DNA of 64,000 bases from Burkholderiales bacterium (GTDB taxonomy: Bacteria; Pseudomonadota; Gammaproteobacteria; Burkholderiales; SG8-39), in NCBI GenBank assembly GCA_017880775.1, contig JADGRQ010000006.1:88047-152046 (forward strand). Reading direction: 5' to 3'. Below, piece after piece: positions 14,090-23,145 of the stretch (position 1 is its first letter; each line of letters begins with the position of its first letter). The notes beneath the pieces are model-generated. The model did not search any database, was not told where the DNA came from, and saw only the letters and a list, made by a program, of their open reading frames with translations. The position numbers were made by a program, and so were the translations under genes.

Positions 14090-14872
14090 GTGCGGGAGGG
14101 TTCCGATCGCGGCATCCGGATCGCGGTCGGCGCGGCGACGCTTGCCGCGCTGGCCGCGCTGTGGACCGCGGCGACCACGCTCGAGCAGTGGATCGCTCCG
14201 GTCTACTTCCCGACGCCGCAGGAAGTGGGCAACGCTTTGCGCCAGATCGTCCTGCAGGGCTACGCGGACGGCAGGCTGCACGAGCACTTCCTGCAGAGCT
14301 GCAAGCTGGTGCTGTACGGTTTCGCGGCCGCGGTGTCCGTCGGCGTGCCGCTCGGCATGCTGATGGGCTGGAGCCGCCGTGCGGAGGCGCTCGTCAATCC
14401 GGCCTTCCTGCTGCTGCGGCCGATCCCGCCGCTCGCGTGGATCCCGCTCGCCATCGTCTGGCTCGGACTCGGCGACGCGGCCAAGGTGCTGGTCATCTGG
14501 TTCGCGGCCTTCGTGCCTGCCGTGATCAACAGCTATGCGGGGGTGCGTTCGATAGAACCGTATCTCATCGAAGCGGCGCGCTCGCTCGGCGCAACGCGCG
14601 GGATGATGGTGCGCGAAGTGCTGATTCCCGGGGCTCTGCCGCTCGTTTTCACCGGACTGCGCCTGTCGCTGCAGGCGTGCTGGACCACGCTGATCGCGGG
14701 CGAGCTGATCGGCGCGATCACCGGGCTCGGCCACCTGCTCTACCAGGCAGGGCTGGATCTCTATCCGGCAATGATCGTGGTGGGCATGGTCGCGGTAGCG
14801 CTCGCCGGGGGGCTGATGACGGCGCTGCTCGCATGGGCCGAGAAGCGCTCGATGCCGTGGCGCACGTCGTGA
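14090..14872 (+). CDS. ABC transporter permease (SsuC/TauC-like)
   Basis: 260 aa, multi-TM, with the BPD_transp_1 EAA-like loop (IEAARSLGATRGMMVREVLIPGALP). GTG start. Confidence 0.8.
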   Translation: MREGSDRGIRIAVGAATLAALAALWTAATTLEQWIAPVYFPTPQEVGNALRQIVLQGYADGRLHEHFLQSCKLVLYGFAAAVSVGVPLGMLMGWSRRAEALVNPAFLLLRPIPPLAWIPLAIVWLGLGDAAKVLVIWFAAFVPAVINSYAGVRSIEPYLIEAARSLGATRGMMVREVLIPGALPLVFTGLRLSLQACWTTLIAGELIGAITGLGHLLYQAGLDLYPAMIVVGMVAVALAGGLMTALLAWAEKRSMPWRTS

Positions 14873-14876
14873 CCGA

Positions 14877-15656
14877 ATGACGCAAGCCGTTCTGTCGCGC
14901 CGCGAGTTCTTCCGCCTGACGGCTGCGGGCTTCCTCGGCTTTTTCGGCGTGTGGGCGGTTCTCGCCGCGAGCGGCCTGGTGCAGACGCTCTTCCTGCCGT
15001 CTCCGCTCGAGGTGGCCGGGAAGTTTTTCGAGCTGACGCAAAAGCCGTTCGTCGGCTACACCTTGCAGCAGCACCTGCTGTCGAGCTTCGGGCGCTTCGC
15101 GATGGGCTTCGGCCTCGCGGTCGTGATCGGGATTCCGCTGGGCCTGCTGATGGGATGGTTCCGCTGGCTCGACCGTATCGTGACGCCGCTGTTCGATGCG
15201 CTGCGCTTCGTCGCGCCGATCGCATGGGTGCCGTTCGCCGCGCTGTGGTTCGGCACCGGGATCGGCGGGCCGGTGCTGATCATATTCAGCGGCGCCTTTC
15301 CGCCCTGCGTGATCAACGCCTACCGCGGCGCGAGGTACGTCGAAGTGCGCTACATCGAGGCGGCGCAAACACTCGGCGCCGGCCACTGGCGCATCATCAC
15401 CGAGGTGCTGCTGCCCGGCTCGATACCATCGATCGTTGCGGGTCTGCGCGTCAGCGCTGGCCTCGGCTGGCAATCGCTGATCGGCGCGGAGCTGATCGTC
15501 GCCTCGAGCGGCATCGGCTACCTGATGGTCAAGGGCCAGAGCAACCTCAGCACCAGCACCGTGATGAGCGGCATGATCGCGATCGGCATCGTCGGCTTCG
15601 CGATCGACCTGCTGTTGCGCGCGCTCGAAGCCCGCATCGAGCGGCGCGGCGGGTAA
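14877..15656 (+). CDS. ABC transporter permease (second SsuC/TauC-like subunit)
   Basis: 259 aa, paralogous to the previous gene, with loop IEAAQTLGAGHWRIITEVLLPGSIP. Confidence 0.8.
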   Translation: MTQAVLSRREFFRLTAAGFLGFFGVWAVLAASGLVQTLFLPSPLEVAGKFFELTQKPFVGYTLQQHLLSSFGRFAMGFGLAVVIGIPLGLLMGWFRWLDRIVTPLFDALRFVAPIAWVPFAALWFGTGIGGPVLIIFSGAFPPCVINAYRGARYVEVRYIEAAQTLGAGHWRIITEVLLPGSIPSIVAGLRVSAGLGWQSLIGAELIVASSGIGYLMVKGQSNLSTSTVMSGMIAIGIVGFAIDLLLRALEARIERRGG

Positions 15657-15688
15657 CGCGCGCAGGGTGCGTGGTATAAGAGCGCCCC

Positions 15689-18655
15689 ATGCGCGCGCTT
15701 CCGCGTCCCGTTTTTTACGTCCTGTTCACCGTGTCCGGCTTCGCCGGGCTGATCTACGAATCGATCTGGACGCATTACCTGAAGCTGTTTCTCGGCCACG
15801 CCGCGTACGCGCAGTCGCTGGTGCTGGTCGTATTCATGGGCGGCATGGCGCTCGGCAGCGGGTTGTGCGGACGCTGGTCGACGCACATCGCCAACCCGCT
15901 GCTCGGATACGCGCTGGTCGAGGCCGTGATCGGGGTGCTCGCGCTTGCGTTTCACGAGACCTTCGTCGCGGCGACCGATTTCACCTACGCGGCGATCCTC
16001 CCGGCGCTCGGCACGGAGTGGCTCGCGCTCGGTGCCAAGGTCGCGGTCTCCTGCCTGCTGATCCTGCCGCCCTCGGTGCTGCTCGGCATGACCTTCCCGC
16101 TGATGAGCGCCGGTCTGGTTCGCGCGTTCCCGTCGTCGTCGGGCCGGTCGATCGCGATGCTGTACTTCACCAACAGCTTCGGCGCGGTGGCCGGCGTGCT
16201 GGCGAGCGGTTTCGTGCTGATCGAATGGGTCGGACTGCCCGGTACGCTGCGCACCGCGGGCGCGCTCAACCTGGCTCTGGCTGCGGCGGTATGGCTGCTC
16301 GCACGTCCCGCGCACCTAGCGGCGCTCGCACCGGGCGCCGAGCGCGGCGGCGAGTCCGCCCGGTTGCTGTTCGCAGTTGCGTTCCTGACCGGGCTCGCAT
16401 CGTTCATCTACGAAATCAGCTGGATCCGCATGCTGTCGCTGGTGCTCGGCAGCTCGACGCATTCCTTCGAGCTGATGCTCTCGACCTTCATCCTCGGTCT
16501 GGCGCTCGGCGGCCTGGCGATGCGCCGGCGGGTGGATGCGAGCGCCGCACCGGAACGGCTGCTCGGCTGGATCCAGGTGGTGAAGGGCTTGCTTGCGCTC
16601 GCGACGCTGGTGGTCTACGACCACACTTTCGAGCTGATGGAAACGCTGATGAAGGGGCTCGCGCGAACCGACACCGGCTACGCGATGTTCAACCTGACGG
16701 GGGAGTTGATCAGCGCGCTGGTGATGCTGCCTGCGACGTTCTGCGCGGGCATGACGCTGCCGCTCATTACCGGGGCGCTGATCCGGCGCGGCGCCGGCGA
16801 AGGCGCGATCGGCAAGGTGTATGCCGCGAACACGCTCGGTGCGATCGCGGGCGTGCTGATCGCAGTGCATGTCGGCCTGCCGCTGCTCGGGCTGAAGGGT
16901 GCGATGGTGCTCGGCAGCCTGGTCGACGCCGTGCTGGGCCTCGTCCTGCTGTGGCGCTTCCTGCCTTCGCGGCGTGCGCTCGCCGCGACCGGCATCGGCT
17001 GCGCCGCGCTGTTTGCCCCGGTTTCGCTCGCCTACGACCTCGACCCCAACAAGATGACCGCGGGCGTGTTCCGCTACGGCGAGCTTGCGGGCTCGCGCGA
17101 TGCGCAAGTTCTGTTCAACCAGGACGGCAAGACTGCAACCGTGCACCTGGTGAAGTACGGCGACGCGCTCAGCATCCGCACCAATGGCAAATCCGACGGC
17201 TCGATCAACATGAATCGCGAGGGCCCGCGCGGTTCCGACGAAATCACGATGGTGCTCACCGCCGCAGTGCCTCTGGCACTCAAGCCCGATGCGACCAGCG
17301 CCGCGGTGATCGGCATCGGCACCGGCCTGACCATGCACGCGCTGCTGCAGAGCCTGTCGATCGAGCGGGTCGAGACGGTGGAAATCGAATCGGCGATGGC
17401 CGAGGCCGCGCGCGGTTTCCTGCCGCGCAACCGGGCTGCGTTCGCGGACCCGCGCGGCAGCATTCACATCGATGACGCGAAGACGTTCTTCTCGACCCAC
17501 AACCGGCGCTACGACATCGTCGTTTCGGAGCCGTCCAATCCGTGGGTGAGCGGCGTGTCGAGCCTGTTCACGCGCGAGTTCTACCGCCGCATCCGCACCC
17601 ACCTGAACCCGCAGGGGCTGCTGGTGCAGTGGTTCCAGCTCTACGAGATCGACACTTCGCTGGTGGCATCGGTGATGCGCGCGCTGGGCGAAGTGTTTCC
17701 CAATTACGTGGTGTTCGCGGCGAGCGACCACGACCTGCTGATCGTCGCTTCCGAGTCGGCGATCCCGCTGCCGGTGAAGGCGCGCGTATACGAGCACCCC
17801 GGCCTCGCCAACGAACTTTTCACGGTGAACATTCCGACGCCAGGTGATCTCGATGCGCGCTACATCGGCGAACGCACGACGCTCGAGCCGCTGTTCGAGA
17901 GCTACGGCATGGCTGCGAACTCGGATTACTTCCCGGTGCTGGATCTGAACGCCGCGCGGCATCGCTTCACCGAGAAAAGCGCCACGGACGTGGTGGCGCT
18001 GCTCAACCTGCCGGTGCCGGTGCTGGAGATGCTCGAGCCGGCGCACAGCCGGCGGCCGGTCAATCCGCTCTATAAGGGCGCGAGCGCGTTCGAACGGGTC
18101 GAGAACACGCGGCTCGCCGCGTACGCGCGCGATTTCCTGCTCGATGCGGGGCCGGAGCCGAAGGGCATTTCCGCCCGACTGCAAAAGGACCTCGAGGTGG
18201 TCAAGTTCCATCTGATCGAATGCCGCAATCCGCGCGAGCAGGACGTCTGGCTGCACTCGCTGCTCTTTGTAGCGCAGACGGTGAATCCGTACCTGCCCGC
18301 CGCGCAGGCCGATCTGGTGTGGGCGCGCATCGCGCGCGCGCCATGCTTTGCGGGTCTGTACGACTTTCAGAAACAGTGGATAGGAATATTCCGGGCCGTC
18401 GGCGAGAGAAACGCCGTGCGCATGGCCGAGCTGGGCGGCGTGCTGCTTGCGAACCAGTCGCGGATCAACAAAGAGAGCCGCGAATACCTGTGGCTGGCGG
18501 CGCTGACCGGGTACGTGGTCGCGGGGGCGAACGGCGAGGCGAAGAAGGTGTGGGATTTTTATGCCGGGGAGCTTGCGGACGCGTCCGAGAGACCGGCCTT
18601 CAGGCTGCTGCGCTGCCGCGCGGAGCCTGAGGATTGCGCGGACGAGTTCCAGTGA
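15689..18655 (+). CDS. fused polytopic-membrane / spermidine-synthase-like (aminopropyl- or methyltransferase fold) protein with a long uncharacterised C-terminal domain
   Basis: 988 aa. The N-terminal ~450 aa contain many TM helices. The central region carries IGIGTGLT (SAM/dcSAM-binding G-rich loop) and DIVVSEPSNPWVSGVSSLFTREFY, typical of the spermidine synthase family. The last ~330 aa have no motif I recognise. Confidence 0.65.
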   Translation: MRALPRPVFYVLFTVSGFAGLIYESIWTHYLKLFLGHAAYAQSLVLVVFMGGMALGSGLCGRWSTHIANPLLGYALVEAVIGVLALAFHETFVAATDFTYAAILPALGTEWLALGAKVAVSCLLILPPSVLLGMTFPLMSAGLVRAFPSSSGRSIAMLYFTNSFGAVAGVLASGFVLIEWVGLPGTLRTAGALNLALAAAVWLLARPAHLAALAPGAERGGESARLLFAVAFLTGLASFIYEISWIRMLSLVLGSSTHSFELMLSTFILGLALGGLAMRRRVDASAAPERLLGWIQVVKGLLALATLVVYDHTFELMETLMKGLARTDTGYAMFNLTGELISALVMLPATFCAGMTLPLITGALIRRGAGEGAIGKVYAANTLGAIAGVLIAVHVGLPLLGLKGAMVLGSLVDAVLGLVLLWRFLPSRRALAATGIGCAALFAPVSLAYDLDPNKMTAGVFRYGELAGSRDAQVLFNQDGKTATVHLVKYGDALSIRTNGKSDGSINMNREGPRGSDEITMVLTAAVPLALKPDATSAAVIGIGTGLTMHALLQSLSIERVETVEIESAMAEAARGFLPRNRAAFADPRGSIHIDDAKTFFSTHNRRYDIVVSEPSNPWVSGVSSLFTREFYRRIRTHLNPQGLLVQWFQLYEIDTSLVASVMRALGEVFPNYVVFAASDHDLLIVASESAIPLPVKARVYEHPGLANELFTVNIPTPGDLDARYIGERTTLEPLFESYGMAANSDYFPVLDLNAARHRFTEKSATDVVALLNLPVPVLEMLEPAHSRRPVNPLYKGASAFERVENTRLAAYARDFLLDAGPEPKGISARLQKDLEVVKFHLIECRNPREQDVWLHSLLFVAQTVNPYLPAAQADLVWARIARAPCFAGLYDFQKQWIGIFRAVGERNAVRMAELGGVLLANQSRINKESREYLWLAALTGYVVAGANGEAKKVWDFYAGELADASERPAFRLLRCRAEPEDCADEFQ

Positions 18656-18659
18656 CCCC

Positions 18660-19952
18660 ATGATCTCCCGGCGCCTGCCGTTCTTCTATGGCTGGGTGAT
18701 CGTCGCCGTCGCCTTCGTGACGATGGGCGTGGGTGTCAGCGCGCGCACCGCGTTTTCGCTGCTGTTCCCGCCGATCCTCGATGAGTTCGGCTGGGAACGC
18801 GGCGTGACGGCGGGTGCGTTCTCGTTCGGTTTCCTCGTTTCGGCAGTTTTGAGCCCCCTGCTCGGCCGCCTGATGGATCGCCACGGCCCGCGGGTCGTGA
18901 TGGAGCTGGGCGTGGGCCTGATGGCGATCGGACTGCTGCTCGCCGCGTTGGTCGACCAGCCCTGGCACCTTTACGTCACGCTGGGTGTGCTGGTCGGCGC
19001 GGGCAGCGTGTGCCTGGGCTTCACCGGTCATGGGTTGTTCCTTCCGAACTGGTTCGTGCGCCGGCGCGGTTTGGCCTTGAGCATCGCATTCTCGGGCGTG
19101 GGCATCGGCTCCCTCGTGTTGTTGCCTTGGCTGCAGTTGCTCATCGAGCACACCGGCTGGCGGACCGCCTGTACCGCGATGGGAATTCTGGTGCTGGTGC
19201 TGTTGGCGCCGCTCAATCTATTGCTTGCGCGGCGGCCCGAGGATCTCGGCATCCGGCCCGATGGCGATCAAACGCCGATTGCCTCGCCCACTGCCGGCCA
19301 AGCCGACAACGTCGTCGACAAAGCCTGGGCGGCGATCGACTGGACGCTTGCGCGCGCGATGCGCACGGCGCGGTTCTGGTGGATCGCGGCCGGCTATTTT
19401 TGCGGTCTGTTCGCCTGGTACGCCGTGCAGGTGCACCAGACGAAGTACCTGGTCGAGATCGGATTCTCGGGCCGCTACGCAGCCTGGGCTCTCGGATTCG
19501 TCAGCTTCGCCGGAATACCGGGACAGATTGCGCTAGGGCACATCTCGGACCGGATCGGGCGGGAGTGGGTCTGGACCGTAGGCTGCGCCGGCTTCGCGCT
19601 GTGCTACGCAGCCCTGCTGCTGATGCGCGATGCGCCGAGTCCCGCGCTGCTCTGGTTCATGGTTGCTGCGCAAGGGATCCTCGGCTACGGAGTCACTTCG
19701 GTCGTAGGCGCCATTCCAGCCGAGATTTTCCAGGGCCGGCACTACGGCGCGATTTTTGGAACATTGATGGGGATCGGCATCGCGGGCGGCGCGATGGGCC
19801 CGTGGATGACCGGCGCGCTGTACGACGCGACCGGCACCTATACGTTGGCTTTTTGCATCGCCATCGGCTGCAGCTTGTTTTCGGCGGTGTGCATATGGCT
19901 GGCAGCGCCGCGGGAAATTCGCGTGGTGGCAGGGCGGGTTGCGCGGCGGTAA
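18660..19952 (+). CDS. MFS transporter
   Basis: Start MISRRLPFFYGWVIVAVAFVTMG; 12 TM-like segments; trimmed from track ORF 18561..19952. Confidence 0.75.
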   Translation: MISRRLPFFYGWVIVAVAFVTMGVGVSARTAFSLLFPPILDEFGWERGVTAGAFSFGFLVSAVLSPLLGRLMDRHGPRVVMELGVGLMAIGLLLAALVDQPWHLYVTLGVLVGAGSVCLGFTGHGLFLPNWFVRRRGLALSIAFSGVGIGSLVLLPWLQLLIEHTGWRTACTAMGILVLVLLAPLNLLLARRPEDLGIRPDGDQTPIASPTAGQADNVVDKAWAAIDWTLARAMRTARFWWIAAGYFCGLFAWYAVQVHQTKYLVEIGFSGRYAAWALGFVSFAGIPGQIALGHISDRIGREWVWTVGCAGFALCYAALLLMRDAPSPALLWFMVAAQGILGYGVTSVVGAIPAEIFQGRHYGAIFGTLMGIGIAGGAMGPWMTGALYDATGTYTLAFCIAIGCSLFSAVCIWLAAPREIRVVAGRVARR

Positions 19953-19958
19953 GTGGGG

Positions 19959-21164
19959 CTATCGATGCCGCTCCTCCTCCGGCGGGCGTACCCGTCTGAA
20001 CATGACCAGCAACAAAAAGTCGTAGACGATCTTCAGACCGCCCGCGGCAACGAGCGGCCAGCCGAATGTGGAAATGCCCAGCAGATACCCCGCCAGCAAC
20101 GGGCCGGCCGCAGAGGCCATACTGCGCGGAACGGAAGTGATGCTGGCCGCCGCCGGGCGCTCCGCAGGCGACACGATCGCCATGACGTAGGAACTTCGGG
20201 TCGGTACATCCATTTGCGACAACGCGCTGCGGATGAACAGCAGCGCGATGACCCAGCCCAGGTCCGGCACAAACGGAATGGCGACCAGGCATAGATTCGC
20301 GGGCAGGTGCGTGAATACCATGGTGTTCACCAGGCCGAAGCGATCGGCGATGCGCACGGCCGCGAGGTAGGAAAGCGCCGTCAGCAGCCCGGTCCAGAAA
20401 AAAATCGTCCCCGCCGTGATGACCGACAATTCGAATCGTTGATACAACCATAGCGCGACCATCGACTGCACCACGAACCCTCCGCCGAACGCATCGAGGC
20501 TGAACAACGCGGCCAGCGTGTAAACAGTCCGCTTCGATTTATCCAGCGGCGCGGCCGGCGCTTGCGCTGCGGATTCGAGCGATCGGGGCAGGCCGAGATA
20601 GGCGAGCGCGGCGAAAATCCCGAGCAGCGCGTACAGAACGAACATCGCCTGCATCGACGCTTTGCTCGACAAACCGGTGAACGATGCGAGGACGCTGGGG
20701 AGCGCGGCGGCGAGCGATCCGATCGCGCCGATCAGAGAGCCCACCAGGCTGTAGCGCGCAAACACGGCGGTGCGTTCCCTGTCAGTGACGACGCGGGACA
20801 GGACCGCATGTTCGAGCGGAAGAAACACGCTCACATCCCCGCTGGAAGGATTGAGCGTCCCGACCATCGCAATCATCAGCAATGGCCAGAAATCGGACAC
20901 CAGCGCGAAACCGAAACCGGTACCCACCATCAGCAGCGTTGCCGCGAGCAGCAGGGTACGATAGTGATAGCGGTAGGCGTGCAGCCCGACCAGCAGCGTC
21001 ATCACGCCGGAACCGAGCAGCGTGACCGTCGCGATGATGCCGACCTGGAGCGCACCGAAGCCGAGCTCCAGCAGGTAAAGTGGCAGCAGCAGACTGACGA
21101 AGCCGTCGCCGAAGGCGCGCAAGCCTTTCGCGACCAGCAACCGGTTTACGCTGCGGGAAGTCAA
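19959..21164 (-). CDS. MFS transporter
   Basis: 401 aa, multi-TM (LRAFGDGFVSLLLPLYLLELGF). Convergent with the previous MFS gene, with a 6-nt gap. Confidence 0.75.
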   Translation of the reverse strand: MTSRSVNRLLVAKGLRAFGDGFVSLLLPLYLLELGFGALQVGIIATVTLLGSGVMTLLVGLHAYRYHYRTLLLAATLLMVGTGFGFALVSDFWPLLMIAMVGTLNPSSGDVSVFLPLEHAVLSRVVTDRERTAVFARYSLVGSLIGAIGSLAAALPSVLASFTGLSSKASMQAMFVLYALLGIFAALAYLGLPRSLESAAQAPAAPLDKSKRTVYTLAALFSLDAFGGGFVVQSMVALWLYQRFELSVITAGTIFFWTGLLTALSYLAAVRIADRFGLVNTMVFTHLPANLCLVAIPFVPDLGWVIALLFIRSALSQMDVPTRSSYVMAIVSPAERPAAASITSVPRSMASAAGPLLAGYLLGISTFGWPLVAAGGLKIVYDFLLLVMFRRVRPPEEERHR

Positions 21165-21191
21165 ACGGCTAGCTGGATCCGGATTTCAATC

Positions 21192-21782
21192 TCAGACCGA
21201 ATCCCCGGCATCGAAATCCCCGCCATCCAACGCGGCCGAATCGGTCGAATCATCATCGAGCGCGTGGCCAACTTCGTCGCTGTCCAGTAGCCCTTCCTTG
21301 GAGGCAGGCGGCTGTGCGGCATCGCGATGGCCCATCAGGCCCTGGATTCCCTGAAAAAGAAACGAGCCCGCCACGACGCCGGCCGCCGTGCTCGCTACCG
21401 TCCCCAACACGCCCGAGCCCCACGAACTCGCCGGCTTGGCGGCAGCGAGCCCCGGTTGACCCGCGCTCTGCTGGGGAACCTGGGGAGCGGGCGCGGCAGC
21501 CGGCGCCGAACGCCCCCACGCGTTGGGACCGTCCATGAAACCGCCGCGCGTGGCCGACCTCACTTGATCCAGCTCTGTCTGTAGCTTCACCGCCTGGGCC
21601 TGCGCGGCCTGCAGCGCGTATTCCAGTCCCATGGCGCGCTGAACGAGGAGATAGGCTGCGTCCGGCTGCCGCGCAACGGCCTCCCGGATCAGCGCATCGG
21701 CTTCGGCGTCCGTCTGCCCGGCCTGCGCCTGGCTCATCTGCCGGAGGAAAGTGGTGAGGAGTTCGCGTTCCTGTGGGTTCAT
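21192..21782 (-). CDS. DUF2076-family protein
   Basis: 196 aa. The N-terminal MNPQERELLTTFLRQM...AYLLVQRAMGLEYAL pattern, a Gly/Ala/Pro-rich middle and an acidic tail match my recollection of DUF2076 (COG3416). Function unknown. Confidence 0.55.
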   Translation of the reverse strand: MNPQERELLTTFLRQMSQAQAGQTDAEADALIREAVARQPDAAYLLVQRAMGLEYALQAAQAQAVKLQTELDQVRSATRGGFMDGPNAWGRSAPAAAPAPQVPQQSAGQPGLAAAKPASSWGSGVLGTVASTAAGVVAGSFLFQGIQGLMGHRDAAQPPASKEGLLDSDEVGHALDDDSTDSAALDGGDFDAGDSV

Positions 21783-21851
21783 GGGGTGGCCATTGATTGT
21801 CGACCGGGCGTCACTCTGCGCCCTCAGGGTTGCAAGAGCAAGGCGCTGGAA

Positions 21852-22241
21852 TCAGCGCCGATACGGATTGTTGGGCTGCCGGTCAAAGCGGTCGGGAACG
21901 CCATCGCGGTCGCTGTCACGGCCGCGTGCACGGTCCCAGCGTCCACGCTCGAGTTGCCAGCGCCCGTCGCGCTCAATCCAGCGATGCGGTTGGTAGGCGT
22001 AGCCCGGACGCTCGCGAATCCAGCTGCCGCTCACCCAAACATGCTGACGGCCTCGCCAGTCCCAATATCCCGGCACCCAGACGTAGCCCCGGCGCGGCGC
22101 GGGAACAACCTCGTACCGCACCGGCGGCGGACCGAAATTCAACTGGATGTCGACTGCAGCCACGCTCGTGACAGGTGTTGCCACCGCGCCGATGGTTCCG
22201 GCCGCGATCAACATGGATACCAAAGCTTTTTTCATGAACAT
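21852..22241 (-). CDS. secreted YXWGXW-repeat protein
   Basis: 129 aa with a signal peptide (MFMKKALVSMLIAAGTIGAVA) and repeated W-rich units (PGYWDWRG, VSGSWIRERPGY, HRWIERDGRWQLERGRW). Confidence 0.55.
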   Translation of the reverse strand: MFMKKALVSMLIAAGTIGAVATPVTSVAAVDIQLNFGPPPVRYEVVPAPRRGYVWVPGYWDWRGRQHVWVSGSWIRERPGYAYQPHRWIERDGRWQLERGRWDRARGRDSDRDGVPDRFDRQPNNPYRR

Positions 22242-22257
22242 GATCGGTTCTCCTTGA
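22227..22257. repeat. 31-nt perfect direct repeat, copy A (SD + MFMKK start region)
   Basis: TTTTTTCATGAACATGATCGGTTCTCCTTGA is identical to 22778-22808. Weaker similarity continues through TCAGCGCCAG, GCGATACCGCG and GTAGTAGCC (22278-22317 versus 22830-22869). Confidence 0.9.
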
Positions 22258-22277
22258 AGCGATTCGAATAAGTGGTC

Positions 22278-22319
22278 TCAGCGCCAGCCGCGATACCGCG
22301 GGCCGGCATAGTAGCCGAG
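22278..22319 (-). pseudogene. 3'-terminal remnant of a small lipoprotein paralogue
   Basis: The reverse strand reads LGYYAGPRYRGWR*, preceded by an in-frame TGA. It is homologous to the C-terminus GYGYYGGARYRHWR* of the intact gene at 22830-23000. No upstream coding part is left. Confidence 0.6.
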
Positions 22320-22331
22320 TCAGATCGGCGG

Positions 22332-22775
22332 TCAGGTTACTAGAGCTAGGTTCAGATATCTCCTTGTCCCATTCTCCTCTATGGGTTCGGCCACCTTGTA
22401 TTTGAACAATGCCAATCGCCAATCCCCAACACTGTCGAAGGTTTCGATCTTGTAATCGCCGAATTCGATATCCAGTTCGTCATCGACGTTCCACTTCAGC
22501 CGGAGAACTAGGTCTTCTTCGGTTTTTTCTTTTTTGCCAGGGTGGTAATAGACCCAGACGTCATCCATGACTCGGTATCTACTGTTGTAATTAGCGCGGA
22601 CAGAAAAACCTATTATGACGTTTCTTTTTTCTAGACTGGCCAAGACGAAATGAACAATTTTCGTCATTAACCTTTGCCTTAAGGTTACTGCCTCGGGCAG
22701 GTTTCTGGGTCTTTTCTCTTCCAGTGAACTTGATTGAGTCTTAAGCACTGTAATCTCCCGTATTTTATGGGGCAA
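22332..22775 (-). CDS. hypothetical protein on an AT-rich inserted cassette
   Basis: The 147-aa track ORF begins at TTG. A more likely product is 111 aa from the ATG at 22667 (MTKIVHFVLASLEKRN...). The segment is strikingly AT-richer than its flanks, and I recognise no family. Confidence 0.5.
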   Translation of the reverse strand: MPHKIREITVLKTQSSSLEEKRPRNLPEAVTLRQRLMTKIVHFVLASLEKRNVIIGFSVRANYNSRYRVMDDVWVYYHPGKKEKTEEDLVLRLKWNVDDELDIEFGDYKIETFDSVGDWRLALFKYKVAEPIEENGTRRYLNLALVT

Positions 22776-22777
22776 AG

Positions 22778-22808
22778 TTTTTTCATGAACATGATCGGTT
22801 CTCCTTGA
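22778..22808. repeat. 31-nt perfect direct repeat, copy B
   Basis: Identical to 22227-22257. Here SD-ATGTTCATGAAAAAA runs into foreign AT-rich DNA and gives only a 35-codon ORF (MFMKKLCPIKYGRLQCLRLNQVHWKRKDPETCPRQ*). Confidence 0.9.
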
Positions 22809-22829
22809 TGCTGTTTGGGGGAGTTGAGT

Positions 22830-23000
22830 TCAGCGCCAGTGGCGATACCGCGCGCCGCCGTAGTAGCCGTAGCCATAGGGTTGGACCACGATCGCTGGCG
22901 CAAACGGAGCCACGTACACGCCCGGAGGCCCTCCCAAGGGGGCGACTACGCATCCGGCAAGACTGGTGCTAACAAGTATCAGGAGCGTCGCGATTTTCAT
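22830..23000 (-). CDS. small Gly/Tyr-rich lipoprotein
   Basis: 56 aa: MKIATLLILVSTSLAGC (lipobox LAGC) followed by ...PYGYGYYGGARYRHWR. GGAGG lies 7 nt upstream of the ATG. Trimmed from track ORF 22830..23279. Confidence 0.6.
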   Translation of the reverse strand: MKIATLLILVSTSLAGCVVAPLGGPPGVYVAPFAPAIVVQPYGYGYYGGARYRHWR

Positions 23001-23145
23001 TGCGGGGCCTCCGTGGTTGCGATGAAAGTCAGACCACAGGTTGCCCCGTTTGATCTTACCGAGGTGTAAGGATTGGTTTCCGGCGGTTACAGATGGATTA
23101 CGTTTGGCAGCGCGTCGTGACGGCGTGTTGGGTGTGACAGCAGAG

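Noticed and set aside
16316-18661. 781-aa minus-strand ORF opposite the 988-aa membrane/spermidine-synthase-like gene
   Set aside because: An Arg-rich, low-complexity antisense frame. The plus-strand gene has clear TM helices and enzyme motifs.
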